Shown here: positions 46,350 through 57,243 of the stretch, one piece after another
How positions within the stretch are numbered: position 1 is the stretch's first letter
Layout of the letters: each line of letters opens with the position of its first letter
Assembly (NCBI GenBank): GCA_965249575.1
Contig: OZ252244.1
Coordinates: 3,360,001-3,424,000 of the forward strand
Length of the DNA: 64,000 bases
Direction: 5' to 3'
Origin: Gemmatimonadales bacterium
GTDB taxonomy: Bacteria > Gemmatimonadota > Gemmatimonadetes > Gemmatimonadales > GWC2-71-9
Position numbers and translations under genes: made by a program
The notes under the pieces: model-generated
Database searches by the model: none
Told to the model about the DNA's origin: nothing
Seen by the model: the letters and a program-made list of their open reading frames with translations, nothing else

Positions 46350-47366
46350 ATGGCATTCATCGATCAGGCCGTGGTCAAGGTAACGGCCGGCACCGGTGGA
46401 TCCGGCGCGGAGTCGTTCCGGCGGGAGAAGTACGTGGCCAAAGGGGGGCCCGACGGTGGCGACGGAGGGCGTGGCGGCAGCGTGTGCGTGCGCGCGGACC
46501 CGCAACTCGCCACCCTGCTCGACTATCGATACCGCACCCATTGGAAGGGTGAGCGCGGAGCGCACGGCTCGGGTGGAAACAAGACGGGTAAGTCGGGGGA
46601 CGACGTCACTCTGCCGGTGCCCCTCGGGACTGAGATTCGCGACGCCGATACCGGCGCGTTCGTCGGTGAGGCGCTCGAGGCAGACGGTGTGATATGTGTC
46701 GCCAGAGGTGGACGAGGCGGCCGGGGAAATGCCCGCTTCGCAACACCGACCCACCAGGCGCCGAGGGAATGGGAGCCGGGCGAGCAAGGTGAGGAGCGGC
46801 GCATCGAGCTCCTCCTCAAGCTGATCGCCGATGTCGGCCTGCTCGGTGCGCCGAACGCCGGAAAGAGTACGTTGCTTTCCGTGATTTCGGCGGCGCGACC
46901 GAAAATCGCCGATTACCCGTTCACAACGCTCGCTCCGCAGCTCGGTGTCGTGGTGCTGTCTGGCTCCCGCTCCATGGTCGTGGCCGACGTTCCCGGAATT
47001 GTTGAAGGCGCTCATGAGGGGAAAGGGCTCGGACATCAGTTCCTGCAACACGTCGAGCGCACGCGGGTGCTCGCGTGCCTCGTGGCACTGGATCTGCCAG
47101 ACCCCCAGTCGGAGTATCAGCGGCTCCGAAGCGAAGTGGCACAGTTCAGTCCGGAGCTCGCGAAAAAACCGCACCTGGTGGTTCTCACGAAGAGTGACCT
47201 CGTTGGGCCGGTCGGCGTTCCGCAGCTCCACGCCCCAGCGGCCCTGCAGGTGCTCGCCATTTCGGCGGTGGCCAACCGGGGGCTCGACGACATGAACGAG
47301 GCGCTCTGGCGCGCGCTCCGAGACGCCGCCGCGCCGGGTACCGAACCGCCGGTCACGATTCCCTGA
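46350..47366 (+). CDS. obgE: GTPase ObgE/CgtA
   Basis: FRREK..GGPDGGDGG, GAPNAGKST, PKIADYPFTT, DVPG, TKSD. Confidence 0.97.
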   Translation: MAFIDQAVVKVTAGTGGSGAESFRREKYVAKGGPDGGDGGRGGSVCVRADPQLATLLDYRYRTHWKGERGAHGSGGNKTGKSGDDVTLPVPLGTEIRDADTGAFVGEALEADGVICVARGGRGGRGNARFATPTHQAPREWEPGEQGEERRIELLLKLIADVGLLGAPNAGKSTLLSVISAARPKIADYPFTTLAPQLGVVVLSGSRSMVVADVPGIVEGAHEGKGLGHQFLQHVERTRVLACLVALDLPDPQSEYQRLRSEVAQFSPELAKKPHLVVLTKSDLVGPVGVPQLHAPAALQVLAISAVANRGLDDMNEALWRALRDAAAPGTEPPVTIP

Positions 47367-47369
47367 GCG

Positions 47370-48515
47370 GTGGCCACTCTCGCGTATACGACCCTGGCTC
47401 TGGTCCCGGGCATTGGCCGATCGCGCCTTCAAGCACTAATCGCGCGTTTCGGGTCCGCGGAGCGAGCGCTCGATGCCTCGCTCGCCGCGCTTCAGGACGC
47501 GCCGGGCATCTCACGGGCGGCTGCGACGGCAATTCGGGGCGCGTCCCGCGAGCGGACCCGCCGGCTTTTCGGGGAGCTGCGAAGGGTCGGTGGCGCGGCA
47601 CTGGCACCCGACGACGCAGATTTCCCGCGATTTCTGCGGGAAATTCCCGACGCGCCGTCACTCCTCTTCGTGGCAGGCCGGGCTGACCTGCTGCACCGTC
47701 CGGCAGTTGCCATTGTTGGGAGCCGGTCGCACACACGCTACGGCGCGGATGTCTGCCGCCACTTCGCCGGAGGGCTGGTCCGGCACGGGGTGACGATCGT
47801 ATCAGGGATGGCTCGGGGGATCGACGCGATTGCCCACGCGGCCGCGCTCGATGCGGGTGGGACGACCGCGGGGATCCTCGGAAACGGGCTGGGAATCGTG
47901 TATCCCGCGGCGAACCGCTCGTTGTATGAGCGGGTCGCGAGTCACGGATGCCTGGTCACGGAGCATCCACCCGGTGAGCGGCCCCACGCCGGCAGCTTCC
48001 CCAAACGCAACCGTCTGATTAGCGGACTCGCGCGCGCCACGGTCGTAATTGAAGCCGGCCAGAGAAGTGGCGCCCTCATTACGGTCGATTGTGCGCTCGC
48101 TCAAGGGCGTGAGGTCCTGGCAGTTCCGGGCCCGGTTACCAGTCCCCAATCGGCCGGTTGCAACCGCCTCATACAGCTGGGTGCGAAACCCGCGCTCGGC
48201 TTGAGGGACATCCTCGAAGAGTGCGACCTCCCGTTTTCGGGCGCGCCGGCCATTTCCATCCCCAAGGATCTCTCAAATCGCGAACGCCAAGTCATGAGCC
48301 TTCTCAGTGACGGACGTCGGCATGTGGATGAGGTCGCGAGCGCGGTCAATGCGCCACTTGCCACAGTGCTCGCGACGCTCACTTCGCTGGAGGTGCGCGG
48401 GCTCGTCGCGCAGAGTCCTGGAAAGCACTTTGAGGTGCACACCTGCCTCGGGTGGCAGGACGACATGCTGAATCGCCCGTTGCCGGTATGTGTGCCCGCC
48501 CGCGGACGGTCGTAG
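47370..48515 (+). CDS. dprA: DNA-processing protein DprA
   Basis: AIVGSR, VSGMARGID..AH, FPKRNRLISGL, SGALIT. Confidence 0.95.
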   Translation: MATLAYTTLALVPGIGRSRLQALIARFGSAERALDASLAALQDAPGISRAAATAIRGASRERTRRLFGELRRVGGAALAPDDADFPRFLREIPDAPSLLFVAGRADLLHRPAVAIVGSRSHTRYGADVCRHFAGGLVRHGVTIVSGMARGIDAIAHAAALDAGGTTAGILGNGLGIVYPAANRSLYERVASHGCLVTEHPPGERPHAGSFPKRNRLISGLARATVVIEAGQRSGALITVDCALAQGREVLAVPGPVTSPQSAGCNRLIQLGAKPALGLRDILEECDLPFSGAPAISIPKDLSNRERQVMSLLSDGRRHVDEVASAVNAPLATVLATLTSLEVRGLVAQSPGKHFEVHTCLGWQDDMLNRPLPVCVPARGRS

Positions 48516-48578
48516 CCAGCCGTCGGCTCGGAAGGAGTGGAACCTACCTCCGGCGCGAGCCAGTCGATACACTGACGT

Positions 48579-49712
48579 ATGCGGCACGTTTACACCCACG
48601 TCCCGTTTTGCCTCCGGAGATGCTCGTACTGTGATTTCGCGATCGCGGTGCGGCCGCGGCTGCCCGCGACGGCCTTCCTCGAGGCCATCGGGTCAGAGAT
48701 CGTCCTGCGAGGACGCGAGCTTGACGATCGTGAGGCTCTGGAAACGATCTACGTGGGGGGTGGTACGCCGTCGCTGCTCCCACCGCGCGATCTCTCACGG
48801 CTCGTGCGGGCCGTTGCCGCTGCTGCGAGCGGCGATCACGGGCCCCAACATCCGGTTGAGATAACCGTCGAGGCAAATCCCGAGGACGTGACGCCGGAGG
48901 CCGCGGCGACTTGGATCGCCGCCGGCGTCAATCGCGTTTCGCTCGGTGTTCAGTCGTTCGATGAGTCCGTCCTGCAGTGGATGCACCGTAGCCACGGCGC
49001 AGACACACCGGCCCGGGCGGTGCGCGCGTTGCGAGAGGCGGGGTGTGAGTCGCTATCCTTGGACGTAATTTTCGGAGTTCCCGAGGGGTTGGGAACGGGC
49101 GTTGCAGAAGATCTCCGTCGGGCGCTCGACCTGGAGCCGGATCACCTATCTGTCTATGGCCTGACGGTGGAACCTCGTACCCCGCTTTCTCGATGGGTTG
49201 CGCGTGGGTCCGTGCGATCCGTCTCCTCTGGGCGCTTCGCGGAGGAGTTCGTTTACGCGGACGCGTTTCTCTCGGACGGCGGTTTTGAGCATTACGAAGT
49301 CTCGAATTATGCCCGGCCCGGCCATCGGGCGCGCCACAATGCCGCCTATTGGACGGGAGATCCCTATCTGGGGCTCGGGCCAGCGGCGCATTCCAACTCC
49401 CGCACAGCCCGGAGATGGAACCTCAGGGAGTGGGCGGACTACGAGCGGGTGGTCAAGGCTGGACGTGATCCCGTAGCAGGTCGGGAGGCCCCGTCTGCGG
49501 AGGCTCGCCTACTGGAGCGGGTTCTCCTGGGCCTCCGGACGGTGGAGGGGATAGGAAGCGACCTGGCAGCGTGCATTCCCGATCGAGTGTGGGAGGAGGC
49601 CGATCGGTACGGGTGGGTGCGCGAGCGGAATGAGCGGGTGTCACTCACCCCGCAGGGCTGGCTGCGGATGGACGAGATTGCGGCCTTGACCACCCCGGCA
49701 GATGGTGGCTAA
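48579..49712 (+). CDS. hemW: Radical SAM heme chaperone HemW
   Basis: HVPFCLRRCSYCDF, GGGTPS, EANP, YEVSNY, HNAAYW. Confidence 0.93.
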   Translation: MRHVYTHVPFCLRRCSYCDFAIAVRPRLPATAFLEAIGSEIVLRGRELDDREALETIYVGGGTPSLLPPRDLSRLVRAVAAAASGDHGPQHPVEITVEANPEDVTPEAAATWIAAGVNRVSLGVQSFDESVLQWMHRSHGADTPARAVRALREAGCESLSLDVIFGVPEGLGTGVAEDLRRALDLEPDHLSVYGLTVEPRTPLSRWVARGSVRSVSSGRFAEEFVYADAFLSDGGFEHYEVSNYARPGHRARHNAAYWTGDPYLGLGPAAHSNSRTARRWNLREWADYERVVKAGRDPVAGREAPSAEARLLERVLLGLRTVEGIGSDLAACIPDRVWEEADRYGWVRERNERVSLTPQGWLRMDEIAALTTPADGG

Positions 49713-49738
49713 ATTCAAGGGACAACAGGACTTGTAGC

Positions 49739-50776
49739 ATGGCAATGAGTGAACTGACTGAACGAGAGCGCAAGGTGCTGGACGCCGTCATCCAGTCGTA
49801 CGTGGAAACGGCGGAACCCGCGGGGTCGCGCACGCTTGCCCGTAAGTACCGGCTGGGCGTGTCAGCGGCGACGATCCGGAACACGATGAGCGACCTCGAG
49901 GCGCGGGGATACCTGTACCATCCTCATACCTCGGCGGGACGGATTCCCACCGATCTTGCGTACCGCGTCTACGTTGACAGCCTCATGTGGCCGACTCGGC
50001 CGACCGTGAGCGAGCACGACACACTGCGCCGGGAGCTCGTCAGCGAGCAGTCGGCCATCGAGGGCTTGCTGCGGAAGGCGGCCCAGGTGCTCGGTGTCCT
50101 CACGCAAGAGCTTGGGATCGCCGCGGCCCCGTCGGTCGACCGGGCGGTGCTGGAGCGGCTGGAGCTCGTCCAGATCTCGAGCGACCGTCTGCTCCTGGTA
50201 TTGGCGCTCTCGGGCGGGGCTGCCCGAACGATCTTCGTAGAGGTTTCCAGCGCGCTGCCGCCCGAAGCCGTCACCGGTGTCTCCGGCGTCCTGAACGAAC
50301 GCCTCCGGGGATTAACGCTTCAGGGAATCCGGACGACGCTTAGGGAACGCCTTCGGGACTCACCCGTCGGTGCAGGCGAGACCGAGCTACTGAACATCTT
50401 CATCGAGGAGGCCGAGCAGCTCTTCGAGGAGCCGGCCGAGGAGGGTTCCGGCGTGATGCTCGGCAGTGCGCAGATGCTTGCCGAGCAGCCCGAGTTCAAC
50501 TCCAATGCCCGAATGAAGGCGCTCTTGGATTTGACGCAGCGGCGGGATCTGCTACGAGAGGCGCTCCGAAGCCGGACGGGGACCGGGCTGACCGTGACGA
50601 TCGGAGGGGAAAACCTCGATCCGAGGTTGAGCGCGTTTACGATTGTGACCTCGAGCTATCAGCGTGGCAGCGTATCGGGGGTCATCGGTGTCATGGGTCC
50701 GACGCGCATGCCATACGAGAAGATTGTCTCGCTCGTCGATCACACGAGCCAGATGGTAGGAGATCTCCTGAAGTGA
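49739..50776 (+). CDS. hrcA: Heat-inducible transcription repressor HrcA
   Basis: SAATIRNTMSDLE..GYL.HPHTSAGRIPT, GPTRMPY. Confidence 0.97.
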   Translation: MAMSELTERERKVLDAVIQSYVETAEPAGSRTLARKYRLGVSAATIRNTMSDLEARGYLYHPHTSAGRIPTDLAYRVYVDSLMWPTRPTVSEHDTLRRELVSEQSAIEGLLRKAAQVLGVLTQELGIAAAPSVDRAVLERLELVQISSDRLLLVLALSGGAARTIFVEVSSALPPEAVTGVSGVLNERLRGLTLQGIRTTLRERLRDSPVGAGETELLNIFIEEAEQLFEEPAEEGSGVMLGSAQMLAEQPEFNSNARMKALLDLTQRRDLLREALRSRTGTGLTVTIGGENLDPRLSAFTIVTSSYQRGSVSGVIGVMGPTRMPYEKIVSLVDHTSQMVGDLLK

Positions 50777-50801
50777 TGCTCCCCCCGGCCAGCTAGCGAC
50801 C

Positions 50802-51941
50802 ATGCCGCGCGACTTTTACGAAGTGCTGGATGTGTCCCGCGATGCCTCGGATGCCGAAATCAAGAAGGCATATCGCCGCCTTGCGATGGAGCACCATCCC
50901 GACCGAAACAACGGCGATCAGCGGGCCGAGGAGCGTTTCAAGGAGCTCACCGAGGCCTACGACACGCTGCGAGATCCGGACAGACGTGCCCGCTACGATC
51001 AGTATGGGATGGCTGGATTGGCGGGCGACGGGTTCGGATTCCATCCCTTCGACATCTCTGAAGCGCTGAGTGTCTTCATGCGGGACTTCGGGGGACTCGG
51101 CGGGTTCGACTCGTTTTTTGGGGGGGGAGCGCGAGGCCGGCGAGATGCGCGGCGGGGGCGGGATCTGAAGATCCAGCTGCGGCTGACGATTGCCGACGTT
51201 TCGTCCGGGACGACTCGGAAGGTCAGGCTCAATACGCTTGCGGCGTGTGAGAAGTGCGGGGGCAACGGAAGCAGCGGCAAGGCTCCCGCTACTTGTCGAA
51301 CCTGCGGCGGTGCTGGCGAAGTGAGGCGCGCGCTCCAATCGATGCTCGGCCAGATGGTATCCGTCTCGGCGTGTCCCACGTGTGGGGGGGAAGGGACGGT
51401 GGTCACGGATCCGTGCGCGAAATGTCGAGGCGAGGGACGGGTGCGAGCTGACAAAACACTCGAGATCGAGGTCCCGCCCGGCGTTTCGAGCAACAACTAT
51501 CTCACCCTCCGCGGACAGGGTGCCGCGGGCCCGCGGGGTGGGCCGCCCGGAGATGTGATTGTTTCTCTCGAGGTGGAGGAGGACGAGCGTTTCGAACGCC
51601 ACGAGGACGATCTCGTGTACAATCTGCCCCTGTCGTTCAGCCAAGCAGCGCTTGGCGGGCAGTTCTCCGTGCCTCATCCCGATGGGGCGGTCGCGGTGAA
51701 CGTGCCGCCGGGCATGCAGCCGGGGGCGGTCATTTCGATCCGGGGCAACGGGTTGCCCTCGGTGAGCCACGGTCATCGTGGGGATCTCCATGTTCGCGCC
51801 CAGGTGTGGACGCCTCCCACTCTCACCGGCGAGATGGAGGAGGTCTTTCGGCGCCTCGCCGAGGTCGAGGGCGATCCTCCAAGCGCGGACAGCCTCGGGC
51901 GGAGGATCTGGAATCGAATGAAAGAGAGCTTCTCTCCCTGA
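50802..51941 (+). CDS. dnaJ: Chaperone DnaJ
   Basis: J domain with HPD, four CxxCxGxG repeats. Confidence 0.97.
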   Translation: MPRDFYEVLDVSRDASDAEIKKAYRRLAMEHHPDRNNGDQRAEERFKELTEAYDTLRDPDRRARYDQYGMAGLAGDGFGFHPFDISEALSVFMRDFGGLGGFDSFFGGGARGRRDARRGRDLKIQLRLTIADVSSGTTRKVRLNTLAACEKCGGNGSSGKAPATCRTCGGAGEVRRALQSMLGQMVSVSACPTCGGEGTVVTDPCAKCRGEGRVRADKTLEIEVPPGVSSNNYLTLRGQGAAGPRGGPPGDVIVSLEVEEDERFERHEDDLVYNLPLSFSQAALGGQFSVPHPDGAVAVNVPPGMQPGAVISIRGNGLPSVSHGHRGDLHVRAQVWTPPTLTGEMEEVFRRLAEVEGDPPSADSLGRRIWNRMKESFSP

Positions 51942-52053
51942 GGGTTGCCAGCACCTGCGTGTGGGGACGTAACTGTTGACGGTGAGACGTCTTGCAGTAT
52001 GTTAAAAGACTGTATCATGAACCACCCGCCGCTACGGAAGGAGTGATTCGTCG

Positions 52054-52239
52054 ATGCCGGAAGTGATCATCCACGAGGATGAGAGCTTCGAACGGGCGCT
52101 CAAGCGCTTCAAGAAAAAGTGCGAGAAAGCCGGCATTCTTTCCGACCTCAGGAAGCATCGCCACTACGAAAAGCCGAGTGAGCGCCGAAAGCGCAAGATC
52201 AACGCTGCGCGCCGAAAGAACCGGCGGGAGCGCGTCTAG
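52054..52239 (+). CDS. rpsU: 30S ribosomal protein bS21
   Basis: [20 protein letters not shown]...YEKPS; AAGGAG RBS. Confidence 0.97.
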   Translation: MPEVIIHEDESFERALKRFKKKCEKAGILSDLRKHRHYEKPSERRKRKINAARRKNRRERV

Positions 52240-52440
52240 ACGTGAGATCCTGGGTAGTTATCGCCGTTCGTAGTCTCCGCGCCTTTTGGAATCCCACGGC
52301 CGGTCACCTTCCCGAACAGCTGAACCAATCCATCCGACTCCGACGCCGATCGGGGGGAGATTCGTGCGCTGCAGGCAGCTGATGGGGGACGCGCGGGGCA
52401 CGAGGCGGAGCCATTTCGACGATCGGGCAGCGGGGTGTAG

Positions 52441-54759
52441 GTGAAGAGAATCACCGGCACCCCGTCCTCTTTCTCTTCCGTTGCGCAGCCCGAAACCCTG
52501 GAGCAGCTTGAGTTCGCACGGGCGCTGGAGGTCGTAGCGCGCCATGCCAGGAGCCCGCTCGGAGCCGATCGCGTTCGCGCGCGGCGCCCCGTTGCCGGCC
52601 AGGGTTGGGTTGAAGAAGAGCTTGCCACCGTGGGAGAACTCGCCGGCCTGCTGGCGGCGGGTGACCCCTTTGCGTCGGCCGACATCCCGGATATCGACGA
52701 AGCGCTCGACCAACTCCAGGTGGAAGGAGCTGTGCTGGGCTCGGACGCACTCTATCGGGTAGGTACGGCGCTCGAGGTGATGCAAACAGTTGGTGGCGAG
52801 CTTCGCCGGCTGCTCCCCGAAGCGCGGCGCGTCGCGGCGCTGTCCGTCGAGCTGCCCGCGGCGAGCCTCGGCGTGGCGATACTGAGAGCGATCAGCCCAG
52901 ACGGCGCGGTGCGCGACGAGGCGTCTCCGGCGCTCGCGCGCGCAAGGCGCCACGTTCGGGAAGCCCGCGCCCTCCTCGTTTCCGCCCTCGAGCGCGTTCT
53001 CCAGTCTGCCCCCCGTGAGGCCGTTCCCCCCCAGGCAACGGTCACTGTGCGTAGCGGGCGCTATGTGATTCCCGTTCGCCGGGATGCACGCGCCCGGTTT
53101 CCAGGCATCGTCCACGCGGAGTCGGGGACCGGATCTTCACTGTTCGTCGAGCCGGCGGCCGCGGTCGAACTGGGCAACGGCCTCGCCGAGCGCGAGGCCG
53201 AGGAGGCTCGTGCCGTGCTCGCGGTGCTCCGCGCGCTCACGGAATCGCTGCGACCGGTGCGAGAGGCGTTGGCCGCGGGGTGGACGATGTGTATCCGCGT
53301 TGATGATCTCTACGCGAGGGCCCGGTATATGGTGGAGCAGCGCGCAACGGTTCCCCGTGTGGTACCGGCGCCCGGTGCACTCGCGATTCACGACGGCCGG
53401 CATCCGCTCCTACTCGTCGAGTCGTCACACGTCGTCCCCTTCGATCTCTCGCTGGACCGCAGTGAAGTCACGGTGGTCATCAGCGGCCCGAATACCGGTG
53501 GGAAGACGGTCCTTCTCAAGGCCATCGGCCTCGTCTCGGCGCTCGTGCAGTCGGGCATTGTGCCGCCGGTGGGTGAGGGCACGGTGATGCCCATCTTCGC
53601 CCGGATCTTCTCGGACATCGGCGATCATCAGTCGATTGCGGAGAGTCTGTCGACGTTCAGCGCCCGTCTGGGCGCGCTCAAGGGCATCTTGACCGACGCG
53701 GACGACCGCACGCTGATCCTGATCGACGAGCTCGGCAGCGGAACCGACCCGAACGAGGGGGCGGCCCTTGCCGGGGCGGTGCTCCATTCCCTCGCTCAGC
53801 GGCGCGCCACGACGATTGCGACGACCCATCTCGGCCAGCTCAAGGTGATCGCGGCCGACGCGCCGGGTTTCGTGAATGCGTCCCTCCGCTTCAACGAAGC
53901 GCAAATGACGCCAACCTATGAACTGTTGAAAGGCGTCCCGGGTCGGTCGTACGGGATACAAATCGCGCGGCGGCTCGGAGTCCCCGCTGAGGTCATTGAG
54001 CGGGCGGAGGCGGGAATGCCCGATCGCGACCGGTCCGTTGACGCGCTGCTCACCGACCTGGAACAGCGCGCGGCCAACGTTCGCCGGAGACAAGCCGATC
54101 TCGATTTCGCGGAGGCACAGGCGCGGGCCGATCAGGAATTGCTCGACACGCGGGAGGGTGAGCTTGCGGACCGGGATGGGGAGCTTCGTGCTCGGGAGCG
54201 GGAACTCGAGCGTGGGGCCCGCGAGGACGCGCGCCGCTTCCTCCTCGCCGCGCGCAAGCGAGTCGAGGAGGCGCTTGGACTGGCGCGGGCCGCGGTGGAC
54301 GAGGCGACCGCGAAAGAAGCGCGGCGGCTGGTCGAGGAGGGTGTGCGTGAAGAATCCGCCGCCGTTCAGAAACTGAAACGGGAGGGTGGTGCGAAGGGAT
54401 GGCGAATAAAGGGCACCGGTCGCGAGGTTGGCGTCCCGGAGAGCCCCGCTGCCGCGGAAGGCGAGCCCGGGGGACGCGGCCGGTGGGAGGCCAAGCCTGT
54501 ATACTCCGTCGACGCGGCGTCCGAGATTGATGTGCGGGGGATGAGCGGGGAAGAGACAGAGGGTGCGGTGCTGGCCGCGCTCGATGACGCCGTGGTCGCG
54601 GACCTGCCGTCACTTCGGGTCATTCACGGGAAGGGTACTGGCGCCCTCCGGGAACGGGTGGGCAAGCTGCTCAAGGGCGATCGCCGCGTTCGTTCAGCTC
54701 AGCTCGCACCGGTCAATCAGGGAGGGTCGGGGGTGACCATCGCGGTGTTGAGGCCGTAA
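52441..54759 (+). CDS. mutS2: MutS2 (Smr-domain) protein
   Basis: LEF, GRYVIPV, SGPNTGGKT, DIGDHQS..LSTFS, DELGSGTDP, C-terminal Smr IHGKGTG. Confidence 0.95.
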   Translation: MKRITGTPSSFSSVAQPETLEQLEFARALEVVARHARSPLGADRVRARRPVAGQGWVEEELATVGELAGLLAAGDPFASADIPDIDEALDQLQVEGAVLGSDALYRVGTALEVMQTVGGELRRLLPEARRVAALSVELPAASLGVAILRAISPDGAVRDEASPALARARRHVREARALLVSALERVLQSAPREAVPPQATVTVRSGRYVIPVRRDARARFPGIVHAESGTGSSLFVEPAAAVELGNGLAEREAEEARAVLAVLRALTESLRPVREALAAGWTMCIRVDDLYARARYMVEQRATVPRVVPAPGALAIHDGRHPLLLVESSHVVPFDLSLDRSEVTVVISGPNTGGKTVLLKAIGLVSALVQSGIVPPVGEGTVMPIFARIFSDIGDHQSIAESLSTFSARLGALKGILTDADDRTLILIDELGSGTDPNEGAALAGAVLHSLAQRRATTIATTHLGQLKVIAADAPGFVNASLRFNEAQMTPTYELLKGVPGRSYGIQIARRLGVPAEVIERAEAGMPDRDRSVDALLTDLEQRAANVRRRQADLDFAEAQARADQELLDTREGELADRDGELRARERELERGAREDARRFLLAARKRVEEALGLARAAVDEATAKEARRLVEEGVREESAAVQKLKREGGAKGWRIKGTGREVGVPESPAAAEGEPGGRGRWEAKPVYSVDAASEIDVRGMSGEETEGAVLAALDDAVVADLPSLRVIHGKGTGALRERVGKLLKGDRRVRSAQLAPVNQGGSGVTIAVLRP

Positions 54760-54761
54760 CG

Positions 54762-56546
54762 ATGATTCCCGACGAAATCATCGAGCAAGTGCGCGATGCC
54801 GCCGATATCGTGCAGGTGATCGGGGAGCACGTGGAGCTAAGGCGGACCGGGTCGGACTACCGAGGACCCTGTCCTTTCCACGGGGGGACGCACCGGAACC
54901 TCGCAGTCATCCCCAAAAAGCAAATGTTCTACTGCTTTGTATGCCACGAGGCCGGTGACGTCTTCACGTTCCACATGAAGACGTCGGGCATGGACTATCC
55001 GACGGCCGTGCGGGAGGTGGCTCGGAAGTCCGGAATCGTCATCCCCGAGCGGTCGACTGGCGGTCCAGACCCACGAGAACCCTTTTACTCGGCGGTTGGC
55101 GTGGCGGCAGAGTGGTACGCGCGCCAATTGCGTGAGTCGAAAGAGGCGCGTCCGGCCCGGGAGCACCTCGAGAGTCGAGGATTCGACCTAGAGGCGCTGC
55201 ATCCGTTGGGCTTGGGGTACGCGCCCAAGGGCAGCGCGTTTCGAGACGCGATGTTGCGGCTGGGGTTTCAGGACGAGGTGCTTCTCGAGGCCGGCCTCCT
55301 AGTCAAGCGGGACGACGGCTCACTGCGGCCACGGTTTTGGGATCGCCTGCTTTTCTCGATCAGTGATCTGCGCGGGCGCGCGGTCGGATTCGGCGGTCGG
55401 ATCCTTGGAGCCGGAGAGCCCAAGTACCTGAACTCGCCGGAAACGCCGATTTTTCACAAGGGAAGACTGCTCTACAATCTGCACAACGCGAAGCACGCGA
55501 TTCGCAAAGCGGAACAGGCGATCATCGTCGAGGGGTATTTCGACGTTTTACGGCTGATCGAGGTCGGAGTAGAACACGTTGTTGCCCCTCTCGGGACCGC
55601 GCTCACTCCCGATCAAGCGCAACTCGTCAAACGCTTTACAACGAACGCGACCCTGCTGTACGACAATGACACGGCTGGTCTCCGGGCGACCTTTCGCGCG
55701 GGCGATGAGCTGCTTCGGGCGTCGCTCCGGGTGTTGGTGGCCACACTCCCGCCTGGAGAGGACCCGGATACGCTCTGCCGCACGGGCGGCGCGCAGGCGG
55801 CGCGAACGGTGCTGGACGACGCAATGGATCTGCTCGAACGGAAGCTCCAGCTGCTGGAGCGCAAAGGATGGCTTGCGTCGCTGGCCGGTCGGCGTCGAGC
55901 GCTCGATCGATTGCTGCCGACGCTCAGGGCCGCGCGCGATCCGGTGACACGAGATCTGTATGTCTCGCGCGTGGCCGAGCGACTCGGTGTGTCCCCAGCG
56001 TCCGTGAGCAAAGAAATGCAAGAGGCCTTTGGCGGCGGTGCGCAACGGACGCGGCAGGTTTCCGCTGAGGAGGCATCCGGTCCATCTCCTCGAGTCGGTC
56101 GGGGCGGGCCGGAGCGCGACCTGCTGCGAGTCATGTTGAACGCGCCCGAGTGGCGTTCACGAATCGCCGAGCAGATCGGCGATCCTTCCTGGCTTGACGA
56201 ACCAGAGCGCAGTCTCGTCACGGAGCTCGCGGCCGCCCCGCCGGAGCTCGCCGGCCCCGATCTGCTGGGGCACGTGCAGGGAGAGGCCCGTACCCTCGTG
56301 ACCGAATTGCTGACGCAGGGATGGGGGGAATTCGACGTCGACGCGCTGGTGACCGGCGCGATCAACAAGCTCGACAGCCGCCCGCTCGAGGCGGAGCTGC
56401 GCGATCTCGACCGGCGCCTGCCCTTCGCGTCCGCCGATGAAAAGCCAGAACTGGCGAGGCAGAAGGTTGAACTCAGGGAGCGGATTACCAAGCTGAATCC
56501 GGGCCGGTGGCCCGTCATCCAGAGAGGGAGGACCAGTGGACGCTGA
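54762..56546 (+). CDS. dnaG: DNA primase
   Basis: CPFH..C..C zinc finger, PKYLNSPET, EGYFD, YDNDTAG, DPD. Confidence 0.97.
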   Translation: MIPDEIIEQVRDAADIVQVIGEHVELRRTGSDYRGPCPFHGGTHRNLAVIPKKQMFYCFVCHEAGDVFTFHMKTSGMDYPTAVREVARKSGIVIPERSTGGPDPREPFYSAVGVAAEWYARQLRESKEARPAREHLESRGFDLEALHPLGLGYAPKGSAFRDAMLRLGFQDEVLLEAGLLVKRDDGSLRPRFWDRLLFSISDLRGRAVGFGGRILGAGEPKYLNSPETPIFHKGRLLYNLHNAKHAIRKAEQAIIVEGYFDVLRLIEVGVEHVVAPLGTALTPDQAQLVKRFTTNATLLYDNDTAGLRATFRAGDELLRASLRVLVATLPPGEDPDTLCRTGGAQAARTVLDDAMDLLERKLQLLERKGWLASLAGRRRALDRLLPTLRAARDPVTRDLYVSRVAERLGVSPASVSKEMQEAFGGGAQRTRQVSAEEASGPSPRVGRGGPERDLLRVMLNAPEWRSRIAEQIGDPSWLDEPERSLVTELAAAPPELAGPDLLGHVQGEARTLVTELLTQGWGEFDVDALVTGAINKLDSRPLEAELRDLDRRLPFASADEKPELARQKVELRERITKLNPGRWPVIQRGRTSGR

Positions 56547-57243
56547 TCTAAACGCGTTGTTGGAGTTGCAAGAGAGAGATGATCTCGTCACATCCATCGA
56601 GACGGAACTCGAGGCACTCGACCCGGAGGTTCAAGCCCTCGATGCGGAGTTGGCCAATGTGGAGAGCGAGCTAGTCGCCGCCCAGCGGTACAAAGAGGAT
56701 GCCGGCGCCCGCCGCAACGAGCTCGAGGGAAAGATTGAAACGTACCGCCTGATGCAGGAGCGCCGGCGCCAACAGCTCGAGTGGGTGAGCGGTGCAAAGG
56801 AGGCCGCCACGTTGATGGCGGAGCTCGATATGGCGCGGAGCGTTCTCGCGAAGGAGGAGGCGGAGTGGATTCGATCCGCAGACAAACTGCAGGAGGCTGA
56901 GCGGCGCGCGTCTGAGATCGAGGAGGCCGTCGAGGGTACTCGAAGCACGCAAGTCGAGCGGCGAGACGAGATCGCGACGCAGCAAGCGGATTGCCGGGAG
57001 CGGCTCGCCGCCGCCCAATCCGAACGGAACGCGTCCGCGAAAAACGTCAACCGGTCCCTGCTGTCCAAGTACGAACGCATCCGGCGGGGGCGGTCGCCCC
57101 GGGCGGCGTACCCGCTTCACGGTAACTCCTGCGGTCACTGCTTCACAGTGGTGCCGATGCATCGGCGGCAGCAGATACAATCCGGCGACCCGGTGACCAA
57201 TTGTGAGGCCTGTGGGGTGCTCGTGTTCGTTGCCGACGCATGA
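56536..57243 (+). CDS. Coiled-coil + C4 zinc-ribbon protein (DUF164/CT398-like)
   Basis: LLELQ..D, long coiled coil, CGHC...CEACG. Confidence 0.9.
   Translation: MDADLNALLELQERDDLVTSIETELEALDPEVQALDAELANVESELVAAQRYKEDAGARRNELEGKIETYRLMQERRRQQLEWVSGAKEAATLMAELDMARSVLAKEEAEWIRSADKLQEAERRASEIEEAVEGTRSTQVERRDEIATQQADCRERLAAAQSERNASAKNVNRSLLSKYERIRRGRSPRAAYPLHGNSCGHCFTVVPMHRRQQIQSGDPVTNCEACGVLVFVADA

Noticed and set aside
52240..52440. Possible ncRNA between rpsU and mutS2
   Set aside because: No recognisable family features or strong structure by eye.
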